Below, in pieces: positions 26,362-40,832 of a stretch of 64,000 nt of DNA. Source of the stretch: Tubulanus polymorphus. Lineage: Eukaryota; Animalia; Nemertea. The translations under genes were made by a program, and so were the position numbers. The stretch spans positions 26,250,560-26,314,559 of the forward strand of contig NC_134027.1 in the NCBI RefSeq assembly GCF_964204645.1. The letters run 5' to 3'. The notes under the pieces are model-generated. The model made no database searches, was not told the origin of the DNA, and worked only from the letters and a program-made list of their open reading frames with translations. The first letter of the stretch is position 1; each line of letters begins with the position of its first letter.

Positions 26362-28927
26362 TGGAAGTTAAAACTGGGTGCAATCGCCCAAAAGTTAGTG
26401 GATAAATTCCACGGTAAAATGCAATTTCAATCGTCGATCACGTCAACTATGCATTGGTTAACCTTAACCAACTTTTGAGAGTAATTGGCCGATAAAAGTT
26501 GTTCATACTCGTGAGTGACGGCTACACTGTGTTTTTCATGTCGCTATGAATGCTGTAACTAATGTTTGAATGTCGGAATGCGTGACGGGACAGATTGCCG
26601 CTGTAAAGCTCTCCTACCGAGAGCGTTTTGTGCATCATTTAATCGTGAATTAATAATACGATTGATTTTTAATATCGACACAGCTCGTAGTTTATCATCG
26701 ACAAAGCGAGAACGAGCGATTCAATGTGGGTGGCCGCGTGTCGTGTCTCCACCAGCAGTGTATACCTGTGTCTAACCCTTTATGGCTGTGGCTTATCGTT
26801 AATCTGACTAAATCTGACAGCAGCAGCAGCAGCCCCCACACCGGGGATCAATATCGATGAATATTAATTCGAGTCATTTTTATAAATCCGTCTGCGCAGC
26901 CAGCGATCGTTCAAATCTTAATACCTCCGAAATCCCAGGTGAGACTGTCTAGACTAAAATTAGATTCCCAGTCGCAACAAACAATAGGTTGAAAACTGAC
27001 ATATCCGAGTTTCAGACGAGTTAATGAATATGTTATAAATGAAACCAGAGAGATGAATGAATTGTTGAACTGTAAATAAAGTGCGAAGGCGACAGAAATA
27101 TTGCGTTTTCTCTATGTACAAATACAGAGCATCTAAAAAAAACCCCAGACCCTTAGAAAATGGACCATGACTTCGATTGAAGTCGGTGTAGGAAATTAAT
27201 TTCAGATGAGATTCCAGAGACTCAGAGGTAGTGTTTGGTGGCTACACTCAAAAAAACAAATCCTCGTGAAAAACAACTAGTGACTATATACACAGTGCGA
27301 CTTCACGCAATCGAATTTCTACCTGAGCGAAAGCTGATCACAAGTGATTGAAAATGGAATCAACAGATATATAATTATTTCATTGCACATTTTGCATTAG
27401 TTATTAGATATGACCACACGAGTGAATGTCAAGATAATAAACACATACAACAGATTAAGTTTACGTAATTAATTCATTGCACATTTTGCAGTTATCGGAT
27501 ATGTATGGCGAGGTTTAAGGCGTCAACGAAAGATGTCTGAAAAAACATCGGGTTGGATTCTAGACATTTCTGAGAGTAGAGATACAGAGACAGTCGTGGC
27601 CTGGATTTAAAAGTAGTTATAGGCAAAGACTCTTAAACTCGTCCAGCAAGTTTACAGATATGCGTTTCAAAAATGACAAATTGGAAAAAGCGAAGGCCAC
27701 ATACGGCCCCGATAGAAGCGATTCGTCGGTCATCAGATAACGATAAACGTAACGGAACACGTCAGGATACTGGTGGCACTTATCACTAGCAGAATCTTGT
27801 CATCAGTGCATTACACCAATTGATGACTACATCAGTAACTTATACACCAATCAATTCGGTATTAATCAGAATTGCCCCCTCCCACCCGCCCTATCCGTAT
27901 ACACTACACCGACATCATCGACATCAGCAGCGCGAGTTCCAACAAACATCTTAAAGTGACTAATGGCAAAATTAATGTAACTTCTTCTTTGAAGAACTCG
28001 TCAGAAATGGCGGCCTCGCGATTGTTGACTCGTCAAGACGGAAGTCAAGTGTTGCTTATTAGTAACCATGGTTACATAATAAATGTCCGTCGTATCGTGT
28101 GCGCCGGTGCAGTGTGAGAGAGTGGGTAATTTGGCTGGATGTTGTCGCAAGGTTGACACTCGTCTTAAAAACCGCTGGATGAATCTAGAGTGGCTGGCGC
28201 GAGTGAGTCACTCACTACTCCAGTCAACAGGCAGCGCGAGTATCTCTGTGTCTCTCCTCTCGTTCCACAGTTCGCACAGATAACGCACACATCGCCTTTT
28301 TTATCACATCGATTCATGATTCACGGCGGATCCATTAAATTGCGAGTCCCTTTTTGCCACCGGAAAAAAATCACTTTACGGCCCTTCATCTGCGCCGGTA
28401 GAAATCAGCAACGCAGAAGAGAACGAGCGGGCAGTCATATATCCATTACTGATCGCTTCTCGACCCTTGAGAGTTTGATATGGAAATCATGAAGCCGAAA
28501 CATCATCTCTCTCAATATCGGTCGCGATCATGTTTCAATGAGTTTATCGATAAAACTCTCGCATTGTTTCCACGATTTTTAATGGTTTATATTTGATTTT
28601 TGTATTCTATTTAATTTGACGGAAGGAAGAACTACATTTATTTCGTGTGATATTGAAGTGATGCCCGGTCGTTGAAGTACCCGACACCTGATCCAATCCG
28701 CTAATGATTCTTCTTTCGGTACCGGCGAACGCTTCTCTGGCAATCGAGGATTCCATTTGCGTGGCAAGTGAAGCTGGACAGTGACTACTCGCACACCAGT
28801 CCTAGCGCCTTTGGTTGAGCGCATTTACACTCCCTGAAATCATTTTCTCTATAAATCCAGTTTGTGGATAACTGTTGAAAAAAATAGTCCAAGGTCCCAT
28901 CGATTGTCAACGTCCTCAAATCCTCAC

Positions 28928-28981
28928 CTGATTGAGGATTACTTGAACTATTTCCTCTCGCGTGTATATCAACCGTTGCAT
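28928..28981 (-). CDS. Candidate alternative first coding exon (MQRLIYTREEIVQVILNQ)
   Basis: AAGATG start, 18 codons, donor CAG|gtgagg in phase 0. Confidence 0.3.
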
Positions 28982-31900
28982 CTTATTTGGCCTGGCATTA
29001 GTTTTGTGTGTTGCGCGCGGAGGGAGAGAGCGCGAAGTAGCATGCGAATTTTACACGGCTGAACAGCTGGCTGGACAACTCTCTTCATTAAAACCTCTCT
29101 AACACAACTTCAGCCTATCACAGAAAAACAATTTGTCGCCGGTATACGCAATAAGAAACTTCATTAAATAGCTGGATATTCGGTGTGTACGGTATTATCG
29201 GAGGTGATGGTCAATTTCGTCGACTAATACTCTCAGGTTTATGAGTTTGATATACGCTAGGCGAGGAATGCGACGAGCTACTCTCCGCAGACTCTCCGAG
29301 CGAGTAACCGAACCAGCGATATTATATTGAAGATTCCATAACCGCGACGAAGGATATAGAGCTTATCCAAACAAGAGACGGTCGCTATGAACGTCCCAGA
29401 GATATAACGAAAAACGTATTATTTATTCCCAGGGTTCTACGAACAGAATCATTTCAAGAGGATCTAGTCCAATAATCTGAACGATGTGATCGTCCTTGCG
29501 GCCGCGATCTCCGGTTTTATCAGGAGGCTGGGGCGTAAGTGGTCGCACTAATAACTCAGGGGGTCAGTTGCTCAAGGGTTGTTAGAGTTGACCAGTGGAT
29601 GACTGACATAATGAAAATAAAAACTACCCCGTATACGGGCTAGTTTTTATTTCATTGAATGGTGTAATGTTAGAACAGCTAGTCCAGTACCACGTGACTA
29701 AAAGTTCAGAAGTGGTTTTTAATCTTAAGACTATAGTCTCAAGTTGTTAGAGTAGCTATTGAACTAAGATCGTCTTAGGATGTCATAGGTGTAAGTCATC
29801 GCTGTACGGCCCTCTGGACCGGGTTTAACAGCGGCGAGTTAAAATCTGATCCCCTGAGTCAAAACATTCGAGATGAACCATCAATTTCAACTCGGAGTTA
29901 ACTAACTAAACTCACTACCGAGGACAGTAGAAAACTCAACTGTATCGAAAATAACCAAGACCATATATTGAACCGTCTGTCATTGACCTGTTCGCAATCA
30001 ACATGTCACGCGTTTATTCCTGTTATTCCTGACTCACTATACATCACTAAAACTCGATATTCAGCCGGTAAAATACAATAATTCGAGTGTTTGCCATTAT
30101 TTACACGTTGTCGAGGAAAAAGACTTTTACTTCAACGACATCCTCGACAGAACTCGATTATACAAAACTGTCTTTTACGAGAGGTTGTAGTACGGTATTT
30201 AGTATAAATAGTGAAACCATTGAAAGGGGAAATCATCAGTATTTCAATAACTATCTCCGATACAACGAATTGTTCTCACGATTAGCAAATATTATATGTA
30301 TTCACGAGTAAACCGGAATAAAGACAAAGGACGATAGAAGCTTACCTCGTAAAGCATACCCGAGTATTATTACATATACGCGGCGTTCTCCTCGAGTTTA
30401 AACTCCATTGAATGAAGAAATAGCTGAAGATTTATACGAGATGCGAGTTGGATAAATTCCAAGATGTGAACGTGGTCTGCGGTTGGAATCGTAGATTGAT
30501 TTCGATGCCAGCGAATGAAGAACACGCGATCAAAATGCATATTTCAGCAGTGTTTAGCTCAGGGGCATAGTTTACAAAATTTCCGTTCGATTGCTTAAAG
30601 TTACTTCACATTTTCAAACAATTCAAACTCAACCGATTTAGGCTTACACTTTTTCATGATACTGGTACCGGGGGTCTTATTATAGGTGGTTTATATACCA
30701 CTAGGGAGCAGCACCTTAGACTACCTGCTCGATGAGTAAGATAGGTAGGGGGTATGACTGGCAGCTACAGTAGTGATAGAGTCATTACTTAAATTTTACA
30801 CGTATGCACACATACCGCGGTGAGGGTTGCCATCTGCCCGAGAAATCTGCGAGTAAAATTGAAGCATAGTTTTGACAGGTCTGACTCGGGTGAGTTGCTT
30901 ACACGATGTAAATACCAAGCAAAAAAAAGAATTCCATTTGTATTTAAAAAAGAAACAACATCATACTCACTCTTATGATTATATCAGCCCGAGACGGAAA
31001 AACAATTCAGATATAAACCGACTGAGATTCTGGAGATAAAACATATATACAAGTGGTCTCTATTTCGACGACTGCCGTATCTTAAAACCTCTCCAGAATT
31101 TGGTTCGCATTCGCCGCGATAGAACTCCTCAAAGACGTCGGAATCAGCGGTGAAAAATTCCCCATACGATTCCCAATCATACGAGTCGGTAATTCTTTAA
31201 TTAATATGCATTTTGTAGTCCGCACTTAATCGTAGATTAAGCCGGAAATGTTTAAGAATTGAAGACGCTCTTTTAAATTGACCAGAGAATATTCTACTAA
31301 TCTCTTATAGCGGGTCAATATTCATCAAAATGAATAAGGGCTGAATAAGGATATGCACCGTTCTCTACTCATCTATTGTTCACACGTGAATTAATTCTAT
31401 AATTGCATCGATTTATTATCGAAAATTGCCACATTTTCGTAGACGTGAAAAATGTCAAGATCTTTCACAGTCAACCGATCTTATGTTGCGTAATGTATAA
31501 TAATGAAGCCGAGTGAAGTGACGTGAAGTGATTCACTTTAATTGACGGCTCGTGAATAGATGAATTCGAAAATTATACATCCAAAAACTCGCCATCATCT
31601 TTTATGACAGCGTGGGCTTTTTATGATGTAAATCGTGAGAGGTTAGTCTGGTTAGCTTTTGGTCTAGACACGAGCCGCGTTTACTAGAACGGTCTAAATT
31701 CGGTCGGATCCACTTTAGAACGGACCTAGCGTTCGCATGCACCAGCGAAAAGTTTGTCCCAAATTAACCCGTTTCATTTTAGACCGGGTCAATTTTGGAC
31801 CGACCTAAAAGACCGACTCAGGTCATTTCTAAACTTTGGAACGGTAAAACTGCAATAGCAATAAACTGGTGATCGTTATCAAGCTGATTAATATAGTTTC

Positions 31901-34900
31901 AAATTCGATATCGTTTAATCCATGGTCTCGCAGCAGATAGCAGAGGCCGATGTCCCACACGCGGATGTGAGATAAATCAGCGCATAAAGCGATATATAGA
32001 AAAAACCGTTATCACAAATTTCTTTCATCATAAAGTTCTTACAGAGTTCCTATCGATCGGACAAAGTCGATAGATATATTTATTTTGGCAGAAACCAATC
32101 AAAGCCGTCGCGTCGTTTTTAGTCAATGACTAGATGAATATCCCAGACGCGGCTGTGCTCCGCTGTGCCGCGCGCGCGCAGAGATGTTTCACGTCAATGA
32201 TTATCTATAGAACTATCGGAAATTAACCACCAGGAACCTGATTTTCAATCAATCAATTTGTATTAATTTTGGGACGTCATATCGTTTTTCTAAGCGCAGA
32301 CGGCTCGTGTTGTCCGCCTGAAGTATTAGTCAGTGTTATCAGCACGGGGTCAGAGTTCAATCAGTCGCTTTCCGGTTCAGGCTGGAGATGGAAGATTCTC
32401 TAAAACGAACCGGGACCTAGATTTCCAATTACGTTTTCGAATAAAGTAAAAATTCGACCGATCATTCGAGTATATCTGTACTTCGATTTCCGATTTCGAA
32501 TCAAACCCTTTCATTCCCGGTTGGTTAAACTGATGGTGAACTGAATAATCTAGTTTGTTGCGAAAACAATTATGCGAGCCTCAATAAACCCCAATTGAAG
32601 GTTTGTAGTTCCTGGGCTAAAATACACCCGTCGTTTCCGAGGCTTTTTGCTATGTATCGCTCTAGAAAGTCATAAACTAGCGGCGTAAAAGAGCAACCTA
32701 TCAGTTCAACATCAGCGACTATTTGTCTGTTATTTGTGTTCGTGTCATCGTATCGGTGTTGATCAGTTGTCGGCTGCTGTCTCGACAGAGAAACAGCGAA
32801 ATTACACTGTAGCAGAACAGCAGCACAAGTAACCACCACCAGCAGCAGCTCGCAGCGGCCGGCGGCAGCGGCGGCATCAGTCCTGTCGCTGCCTTTAGCT
32901 TGATTAACTGTCGTCTCACCCGTATCGATAGTAATTGCATCCGATTCGCGGACAAAAACTATCATGGATTCGTCGTCGCGTATTTTACTAGTAGTATAAC
33001 AAGAGTTTCTGGATAGATAACACAAGAGTAATTACTGGAAACGCTTTCCGATCAATAACCAGTTTGCGTTTCTTTTAAATGAATCCGGCGAATATCGACG
33101 GCCTGGTTTCCATTCACTGCGCTCCGACTGCTGCCGAGGAAGAGACTTCATTCTCGGAATAGATGAGCAACTATTTTCATTTGTAGCTCGCATTAGATTC
33201 TCTGCTCCGGTTAACTATTAGATTTGAGGCGGATACGAAATTAGAAAAACCGTTTTGTTGATGAAACAGTTTCAACTAAAAGTGCCAATCACCGCGCACT
33301 GTGGTGGTCTGGCCTATGAACCAATTGCATGATGCATATCATGATTTCGCTATTTTCAATTTCTTTAAAGTTTTCTCAATGAACATTCTATTTTTGGGAC
33401 AGCTCCACGACACCGGGACTCCTGAAAGACTCCTGATCGTGACCAACACCACCACCTGGCGGGAAAACTGGCAAGAAAATAAGAATATATTGCCGAAACG
33501 GCGTCTAGAGTTCCCAAATGTTCGATGCTATTTTAGATTTCTTGATTACAAAACAGCTGCAAACATAAATCGACCTGTCGCCGGAAATATCTTTGTCAAA
33601 TATTCTCCGTAGATGCAAAGTTGAGGCCCGTAAAAATACAAGGCTGGAAAAACAATAGCGTAGGTTCGCATATTGTAACAACTACATGAATCGATTCACG
33701 TGGCTTGCGCACAATCTTGTAAATGTCATAGATCCATAAACGAGACATTCTCCGAACGACCACGCTTCGGATGTCTTTGATGTTTCCCCGGTCTTTGCCG
33801 CGCTCGGATCCGACCTTTAAAAAAAAAACGCTGCTCGATTATAAAACCATCAATTATGCAAGAAGAATGATTGTATTATGAACACGCGAACGGGACCGGA
33901 CGTGTGTTCATTGAAATAACAATAACGCTTTATTTCAGTCGATGTCGGTTTTCTTTAAAAGTTTATCGTTTTTCGAACTGGACGTTGTTTATGTGACATC
34001 ATCGTTTCGTCTCTTTATCGCGCGCATTTCCTGCATCGAAACCTTTCAAGTTTTTTTTCGCATTGTTGCCGCGTTGCCCCCGCGCACGCGATGCGGATGT
34101 TTAAACGGTTTGAAAAAAACGATAAATTTCATTTTATCGACCGAGGCGTGGTCGAGTTCGCCTGTGAAGTTAACGATTACAACGCGGAAATTTATTAAAA
34201 ACAACGGATCTCCATTTCAGCCGGAAGTAAGCATCCGCCATGTTGTGACTATCACAAACGACCTGTAATGACTTCCTGTTCAACCGTCAGTTGACGATTT
34301 GAATTTTAAAAAGGCGGTTTGAATTAATTACAGTCTTGAATAAATGATAGGAAACAAGCTACTGCACAAGCTACTTCAAGCTACTGTACAGGTACCATCT
34401 CTTCTACAGCAATAGCTCCTCTAACCGCGGGCATAAACTAACTTGAACATCATAGAACTCGGGAAGATCCACGATAAACTTTCTAACCCGCGACACTGAT
34501 ATCAGGTATTCGTTTCTAAAGAATATCGATCGATGATAGCCTGGAGAAATATCAGAAATATTTAGAAATATAAACAGTATAGCCTCGAAGTGTTATGACG
34601 AAGTGTTGAATATACGAATATTCAAATACACAGCTAGCGGTGGTGGTCTATTTTAAAGTTTTACACTTTCAGAGGAGAGAGTGAGAAAGTGTGTGTGTGA
34701 GAGGTAGAGAAATAGAGAAGAAGAGAGGGAAAAGAGAGTGCGAGAGGGGAGAGGAGGAGAGGGTGTTGTTTATTAGACTCGAGAATCATTCCCAGGTAAA
34801 AATAACTAACACGCATACAGCGCTGTATTACAGGTATCCCATCCATCCAACTGAAGTATGCTTGTTTTCTGCGGCAGTCCATCTACGAAAACTCGCCAAA

Positions 34901-35159
34901 TAGTTTTCCGTCATCTCTAACCATAACACAACAGCTATACGGAGAGAGTGGGACAAGATTCAAAACAAAACCAGAGCTACAAACTCATTCCTCCAAAGCG
35001 GTGCCATTAATGACCACCACTTTTAGCACTGAACGCAATGTGACCGGAGCGCATTTTCTCAATACGATTTTAATAGATTGACTCAGCCGATCATGAACTC
35101 TAAACAATAGAGTCCATGAACTGATGTATCTTATCTTTCTTTCTACCCCATCCGAGTAT

Positions 35160-35210
35160 CACCGAACTCATTCAATACCTCACCGAACTCATTCAATACC
35201 TCACCGAACT
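35160..35210. repeat. 21-bp tandem repeat x2.5 (CACCGAACTCATTCAATACCT)
   Basis: Directly visible. Confidence 0.85.
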
Positions 35211-35985
35211 TGACCTTCCGCACGCGATGTTTCCATTATTCACGATAAACATTTAGCTTCCAATCGTAGCCAAGTTTTGATACACGATCCATACTTTACT
35301 ACGGTAAGTTCTACTAATTGGCGTCTAAGAGTTTCGTGGAGTAGACTTCAACTCTATAAGAACCGGGATTCATTTACATCGCCCTATGAATATTATAGTC
35401 GTCTTGCGTGCGTCGAGTAGCCGCCATTTTTATAGCTATGGGAACGTATTTATCCGCGGCAACTGACTCCAATTTCAGTCATCGCTCGGCACAGTTTTAG
35501 CCAAATGTAGCTGAATTGATCTCCGATATTGTACAAGATCATATATAAGAGATTAAGTAAGAATTGCATTGTTTCCTTGGTTACTTCGGTCGTTAATAGG
35601 ATTAACTTCTGCGCATACCGCCAGGGGCCGTGGCGATGTAAACAAACCTCGCCGAACAAGTGACCGTGTAACCGTAGAATAGGTTTATACAATAAATATT
35701 GATTTACTGATCTCACGGACGACTAGCTGTCTGGTTTCTATCTTTTTTCATATACGAGGATGAAGTAACAGAAAACCATGTAAAATAATTACTAGCTGAT
35801 CACAAGCTATTGTGCCCGAAGCGCGTCGATTTTTACATGTATAATAATACTACGAAGGTTTCAGGCATTTCAATGATATCGTTGATGGTTCGCGTTTAAT
35901 GCAACACGTCATTTCATGAGAGCGAAAAAAACCCGATATTTGTTCGGTGACTGTACGGGTAGCGTGGTACCTCATCACGGCTTAC

Positions 35986-36066
35986 CTGTGTACGGGCGTG
36001 TTTCTCGGGAGGACACCAGACGCAGTAGAACAGCCAGGAAAGGCCACAACACCAGCAGGAAGGCAT
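35986..36066 (-). CDS. Candidate alternative first coding exon (MPSCWCCGLSWLFYCVWCPPEKHARTQ) splicing to the VNGQ exon
   Basis: AAAAATG start context, 27 open codons, strong donor CAG|gtaagc in phase 0, compatible with the acceptor at 25658. An in-frame upstream ATG exists at 36108. Confidence 0.5.
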
Positions 36067-37704
36067 TTTTCTGACGGTCAAATTTACTTCAATGGCGCAA
36101 CAAACCATGACCGACTCAAAAATGCGACCACTCCACCTGATAATTCACTGCGGGAACGACACATCACCGGTCTAAGGTTTATATTCCATCGGAAAGATCT
36201 TTAAACACGGGAAAATTATCCTTATCAAGTTACCATCGATATCCTAAACCAGAGGACCTACCCCTAAACAACCACTTTACCCGAGCGAGTCGGAACGAAA
36301 TTTGTGCGCGGAAAGCTCTCGTTTTAAAACGTTTGTTAGTTGCCCTTGATTAATTTTCGTAAAAGCAACAGCTGAAACGGAAAGCTCCAGCAGAGACGAA
36401 ACGAGGTGGTTCAAGGCAGCTGATATAACAAGAATATTTGCGAGTTGTGAGGAACCGTCAATCAATCAGTGTTAACCACTTAATTACCGGAGATCAATAT
36501 TAAGTTATCGATTAGTTCGATGTAAAGCCAAACGGTTAATTATGATATTTATTATTGTAGGTTCTATATATTCATTGATGAAGATGTTGCAACTATAACA
36601 ATTGCTACATGTTTGAATGAATTGGGAATAGCTCGTTACAAACTTCGCTCACATCTGAAAACTTTTCAGGTTGAAGTCACTTTACTCACATCTGAATACC
36701 GATCAAGTGAAAGTTAAGTCACCTTCGAGCTTCGCAAAAATGAAGTTACAATATTTATTTCGCTATGTATATATGCAGCATAAATGATATTGATACTTAA
36801 TCACGATTCTAAGTCGGTTCTTAACTGAATCATGAAGAAAATTAGAACGTTGTGAAATCGAGCTCAACATTTCTTTTTCGTTAAATCGGACCCTGGTTTA
36901 AAAACTGTGCAGCTCTCACATTAGCAACAGAGTTGAGACGAAGCATTTTGCCAAACAGCCGCTGGTGATGTATATTATATATTGGTTAGACCATTTTTGA
37001 AAGTGTTCCCGGGGTATGAAATACTGCGCCGCTCGCACAGTTACAACAAAGCGAAGGCAAACCATTTTGCCGACACGTTGTTCAGCCTTTTTTTTTGTTA
37101 AACTGTTTCCTGGATTGTGCAGAAAACAAAGCCGAGACGATGCTCGTTGCTTACAGATTGTACAGGCAGACGTATGTCGTATGTCGATGACGTATGGTGA
37201 CTGGTAGCGATACCCGACTGACTGACTGCTGTAAAACGCCTTGAGACGTCGACAATGACTATGCATACGTTCATGTAACCGGTGGCAATAAGATTGTCGA
37301 ACAATTAGATTTAGTAAATCGTGTTAGTGTGTGGTACCATTGACTGAACAACGGTAGACTATTGATCATCAAATCTGCGTTACACGACGGCAAATTGAAT
37401 TCGCAGCATCCGAGAACGCGAAGATCAGAAACCACGGCAATACCGGAGACGTTGTCATCACCGGTAAAAACAAATCAGGCGCGAGTGAGCGTCAACCGTT
37501 AATGTACAAACAACACACGCACACTGAGACACAGAAACAGAGACAAATCTATACCTACAATAAAACCGAATCGAATGACATTTTGTAGTTTGGACCTTTA
37601 TAGAATATCACTAGCCACGAACAGAACTATCAGATACGTATCACATACTCTGCTTTCACATTTTCGCGATGACTGTAGAATCTACTGATCTAATTGAAAG
37701 ATAT

Positions 37705-38090
37705 TTAGGATTTTCTTTTAATGATTACCAATCAAATGAAAATGATATTTCGGTGATAATTGAATATCACTTTATGTGACCACCGTCTATGAGATCATGT
37801 TCATGATTCACTAAATACGTCAGTTTTAGATTGTTCTGGTATAAACGCAGTTTTGGCTTGGACGTTTTTTTATGGTTTTCTTTTTTATGATTATCAATTA
37901 AATGAAATTGTCGTCGTGGCATTTCTGTGATAATTCAATATCACTTTATGTGGCCACAGTCCGTGAGATCACATTCATGTTGAAGCGGTAAACGAACCTT
38001 CCACGGACCACTCATGCGCAATCTATAGATTGACCAAATATGTCAGTTTTGGATTGTTCTGGTATAAACGCAGTATCGGCTCGGACGTTT
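37705..38090. repeat. Local imperfect tandem duplication (about 165-220 bp)
   Basis: GTGATAATT(G/C)AATATCACTTTATGTG and GTCAGTTTT(A/G)GATTGTTCTGGTATAAACGCAGT each occur twice in order. Confidence 0.8.
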
Positions 38091-39927
38091 CCGGCTCCGT
38101 CGGGTGTTCTGTACAAGCTCGTGTGGGACCAGTTCTGTACACGAGAATTCTACATCGAATCGTCGACTAAAACGCAGTTCTTTTCCTAGGAGAGATCGGA
38201 TCACTAAACACTTTTCGCGAATTGAATTCACACAGGAATTTATTCATTCGCTTGAGGTTCAATCCTTCAGTGTTGATACGTACAAATACAGTCCATTTAC
38301 TCGCACTCTATCAGATCAGAAACTCAAAGACGAATCCTGTTCACCGAGAGACGAGCGCTAAGTAATCGCAGACTCAGCCCCTAAGTAAGTATTGCGCCTA
38401 AGGGCTGAACAAGAAACATATACTTATCGTCCAAATGTCAAAGGCACGCGGGATGTGAACAGCTAATATCTAGAAAGCGTGGTCAGAAAGCACACACCGA
38501 ATCGGTCAGATCTAATACCAATAAGTAGCTCGCATCGAGCGAGAATTTTCTGAGAAAAGTTTGATAGTTGCGAACAGATGCAACGGTCGTATGCGAATAG
38601 TCAACTACCGATTATCAGAATGTAACGCTATGGAATGCGTTGATACATGCTCAATAGAAAAAAAAACTCCAGTTACTGAGAGATCGAGTCGTCGAATAAG
38701 GACGAGGTTTTTTCCGACAAGTTGTTGCGTGACAATAACTCGCTCATGCTCGTTGTTATTCAGTCCCGGCGTACATCATTATCTAGCGTTTCTGTAGCGT
38801 GTTGCAAGTTACAAGGTTTCTCCACGGATTTCTATCGATGACGTCACACGAGCTACGACTGCGGAAACGCTCGAAATGATCATCGAATACAACCTCGCAA
38901 CGAATATGGTTGTGCGACGTCGTAGCTGAATTTTTGTCGATCTGAAAACTGATATTGCGGGAAATCTGGCGGCAATCTGAGTATTGTAAGATATTCATTT
39001 TTATATGTTGTATAACACAGCAACGCATCCTTATCTAGAGTAAAGAAAAAACGATCCTAAAGACGCCACAGCACCCGTTAGATAACTGGCCCAATATAGG
39101 ACTACCATTTCGCTTGCGGCCTGACACTGTATAGTCACGATGTCAGCTTAATTCCGGGGATGTGGTCATCATCCAAGTCAATTAGCGACAGACACAAATT
39201 CACGAAGGTACCAACACCGCCATCATCCACCTTTTCAGCACCGCCTTTTCAGATGATTAGCGAATAACTGTGCTGAGGGTACAATAAACGTGTTGGTTGA
39301 AGAACTGCCGCTTGGGTCAATATTAGTCGTCGATCACGATATACTGACACGAACACTTGTCGCTATGATGTGTGTAATATTGGACAGTGCTTAGTCTCCT
39401 CACTAATATTGAATTACCTCTTCACGGTTGAAACACTGTGTGTTAATAATATCACAGTCTGTGACGCCGCGTCGAGATTTGATTTACGAATCATCGCTAG
39501 TCGGAGTATCGTATAGGACGCAAAGATATTCCTACATCTGAGCAGATGATAATTTTACTAGCGAATTGAATTATGATAAGAGGAGTAAATACAAAATGTT
39601 GTAATATAAGATGTTGGACGACTCGTGAAGTTAAAAAAACTTATGACCTCAAAGGTCCAGTCGCCTACACACACGGACACCCCATTCATGATGTTTATAT
39701 CTTTATACGAACTAGCTGATCGCGGCTGAAAATGTCATCCATGATTTCTTAATTTTCTTGTTGTTTGTCAATGAATTATTCATCTCAAGGACGAGTTGTA
39801 CAAAAGATGGTCAGATTTAACCGACGAACAGTTGACGCGGCGATGATTAAAACTGTACTGTCGCATTGGTGTTTATTATCCGATGGTAAACACTAACTAC
39901 ACTGACCCAAGATTATTCGCGTGTTGC

Positions 39928-40109
39928 TAAAGCCCAACGCACACGGCACCGAAAAAACGTTTTCGATGTTTTTTGTTATGCCGTGTGCGGGGGAGGCAAA
40001 ACACAAAACGCCGAACTGAAAAACGTTTTTCACGAGCAAAAAACGTTTTCTGAAAAACGTGTTTTCTGTTTCGGCGAAACAAATGTTTTGCCGTCTGCGT
40101 TGGGCTTAA
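39928..40109. mobile_element. PIF/Harbinger-type MITE (176 bp)
   Basis: TIRs AGCCCAACGCACACGGCA / TGCCGTCTGCGTTGGGCT (1 mismatch) flanked by a TAA...TAA 3-bp TSD. Internal repeated AAAACGTTTT palindromes. Confidence 0.8.
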
Positions 40110-40701
40110 CACGGGGATTCCCTTTAATATTGGGCTCGGGTGTACCTACGAGAAATCATGTTCAGATAATTGCTCGTAGGATGTACAAAATACGGTTAAC
40201 GTTAACCAGTGGACGATGACGGCAGTACATTGCGATTGGTAAAAAAAAGATATGCAGTGAATTGGAAAGGAAATCTATCGCGGGATAAAAGGAGAATGCT
40301 CGTATTATGTGTTGCTTTCTCTGCTTTCTATGAGTATTCAAGGACGCTATGGCAGTTATAATCGCGCTGCGGTGAAGGTCACTATAACGACTGAGACTCG
40401 TGTGGACGTTTCCACTGAGAACCAACGTATCCCTTTATAAGACGGCGAATGTTCGTATTTTCCGGTTACGCCGAGATGACTCATAGATATAATGTTCCGT
40501 GTCGGTTTCAAACGACTCACATCGAGAGACACCGAACGAGGACGACGAACTAATGTCGCCACACACGAACGGAGAGAAAATTGTTAAAGCAGTGCCGCTA
40601 ATTGCCAGCGAGAAACTGAGATGGCAGCAGGAAAAATGGATAAATGGACACCGATATAGTGCAGGAGGATACGATAAAATCACACCATATGAGAGACATA
40701 A

Positions 40702-40832
40702 AAGTCTGAAAGGTTTCTCCGAGTTCCTGAAGATGAATTTTAGGATAAAGTTGAAACGCTGAATAAACTACTAATTCAAGGAAGAATTTCGGACTCAATT
40801 TTTCCTGTTTATTGCCACAGAGCGTTCCATCA
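40702..40832 (+). mobile_element. Degenerate copy of the 5.85-kb hammerhead/PLE repeat
   Basis: TTCCTGAAGATGAATTTTAGGATAAAGTTGAAACGCTGAATAAAC...TTTCGGACT, with a short inverted arm (AGTCTGAAA) on the left. Confidence 0.65.

Noticed and set aside
31660-31830. Fragments shared with about 56000-56045 and 62200-62270 (GGGTCAAATTTG/GGTCTAAAATGAAA)
   Set aside because: Probably decayed MITE pieces, but boundaries and TIRs could not be defined well enough to annotate.
37545-37575. Second ratchet-like site (ttttattgtag|gtatag); also ctttttag|gtaata at about 56590
   Set aside because: The donor halves are weak and such matches are expected by chance in AT-rich DNA.
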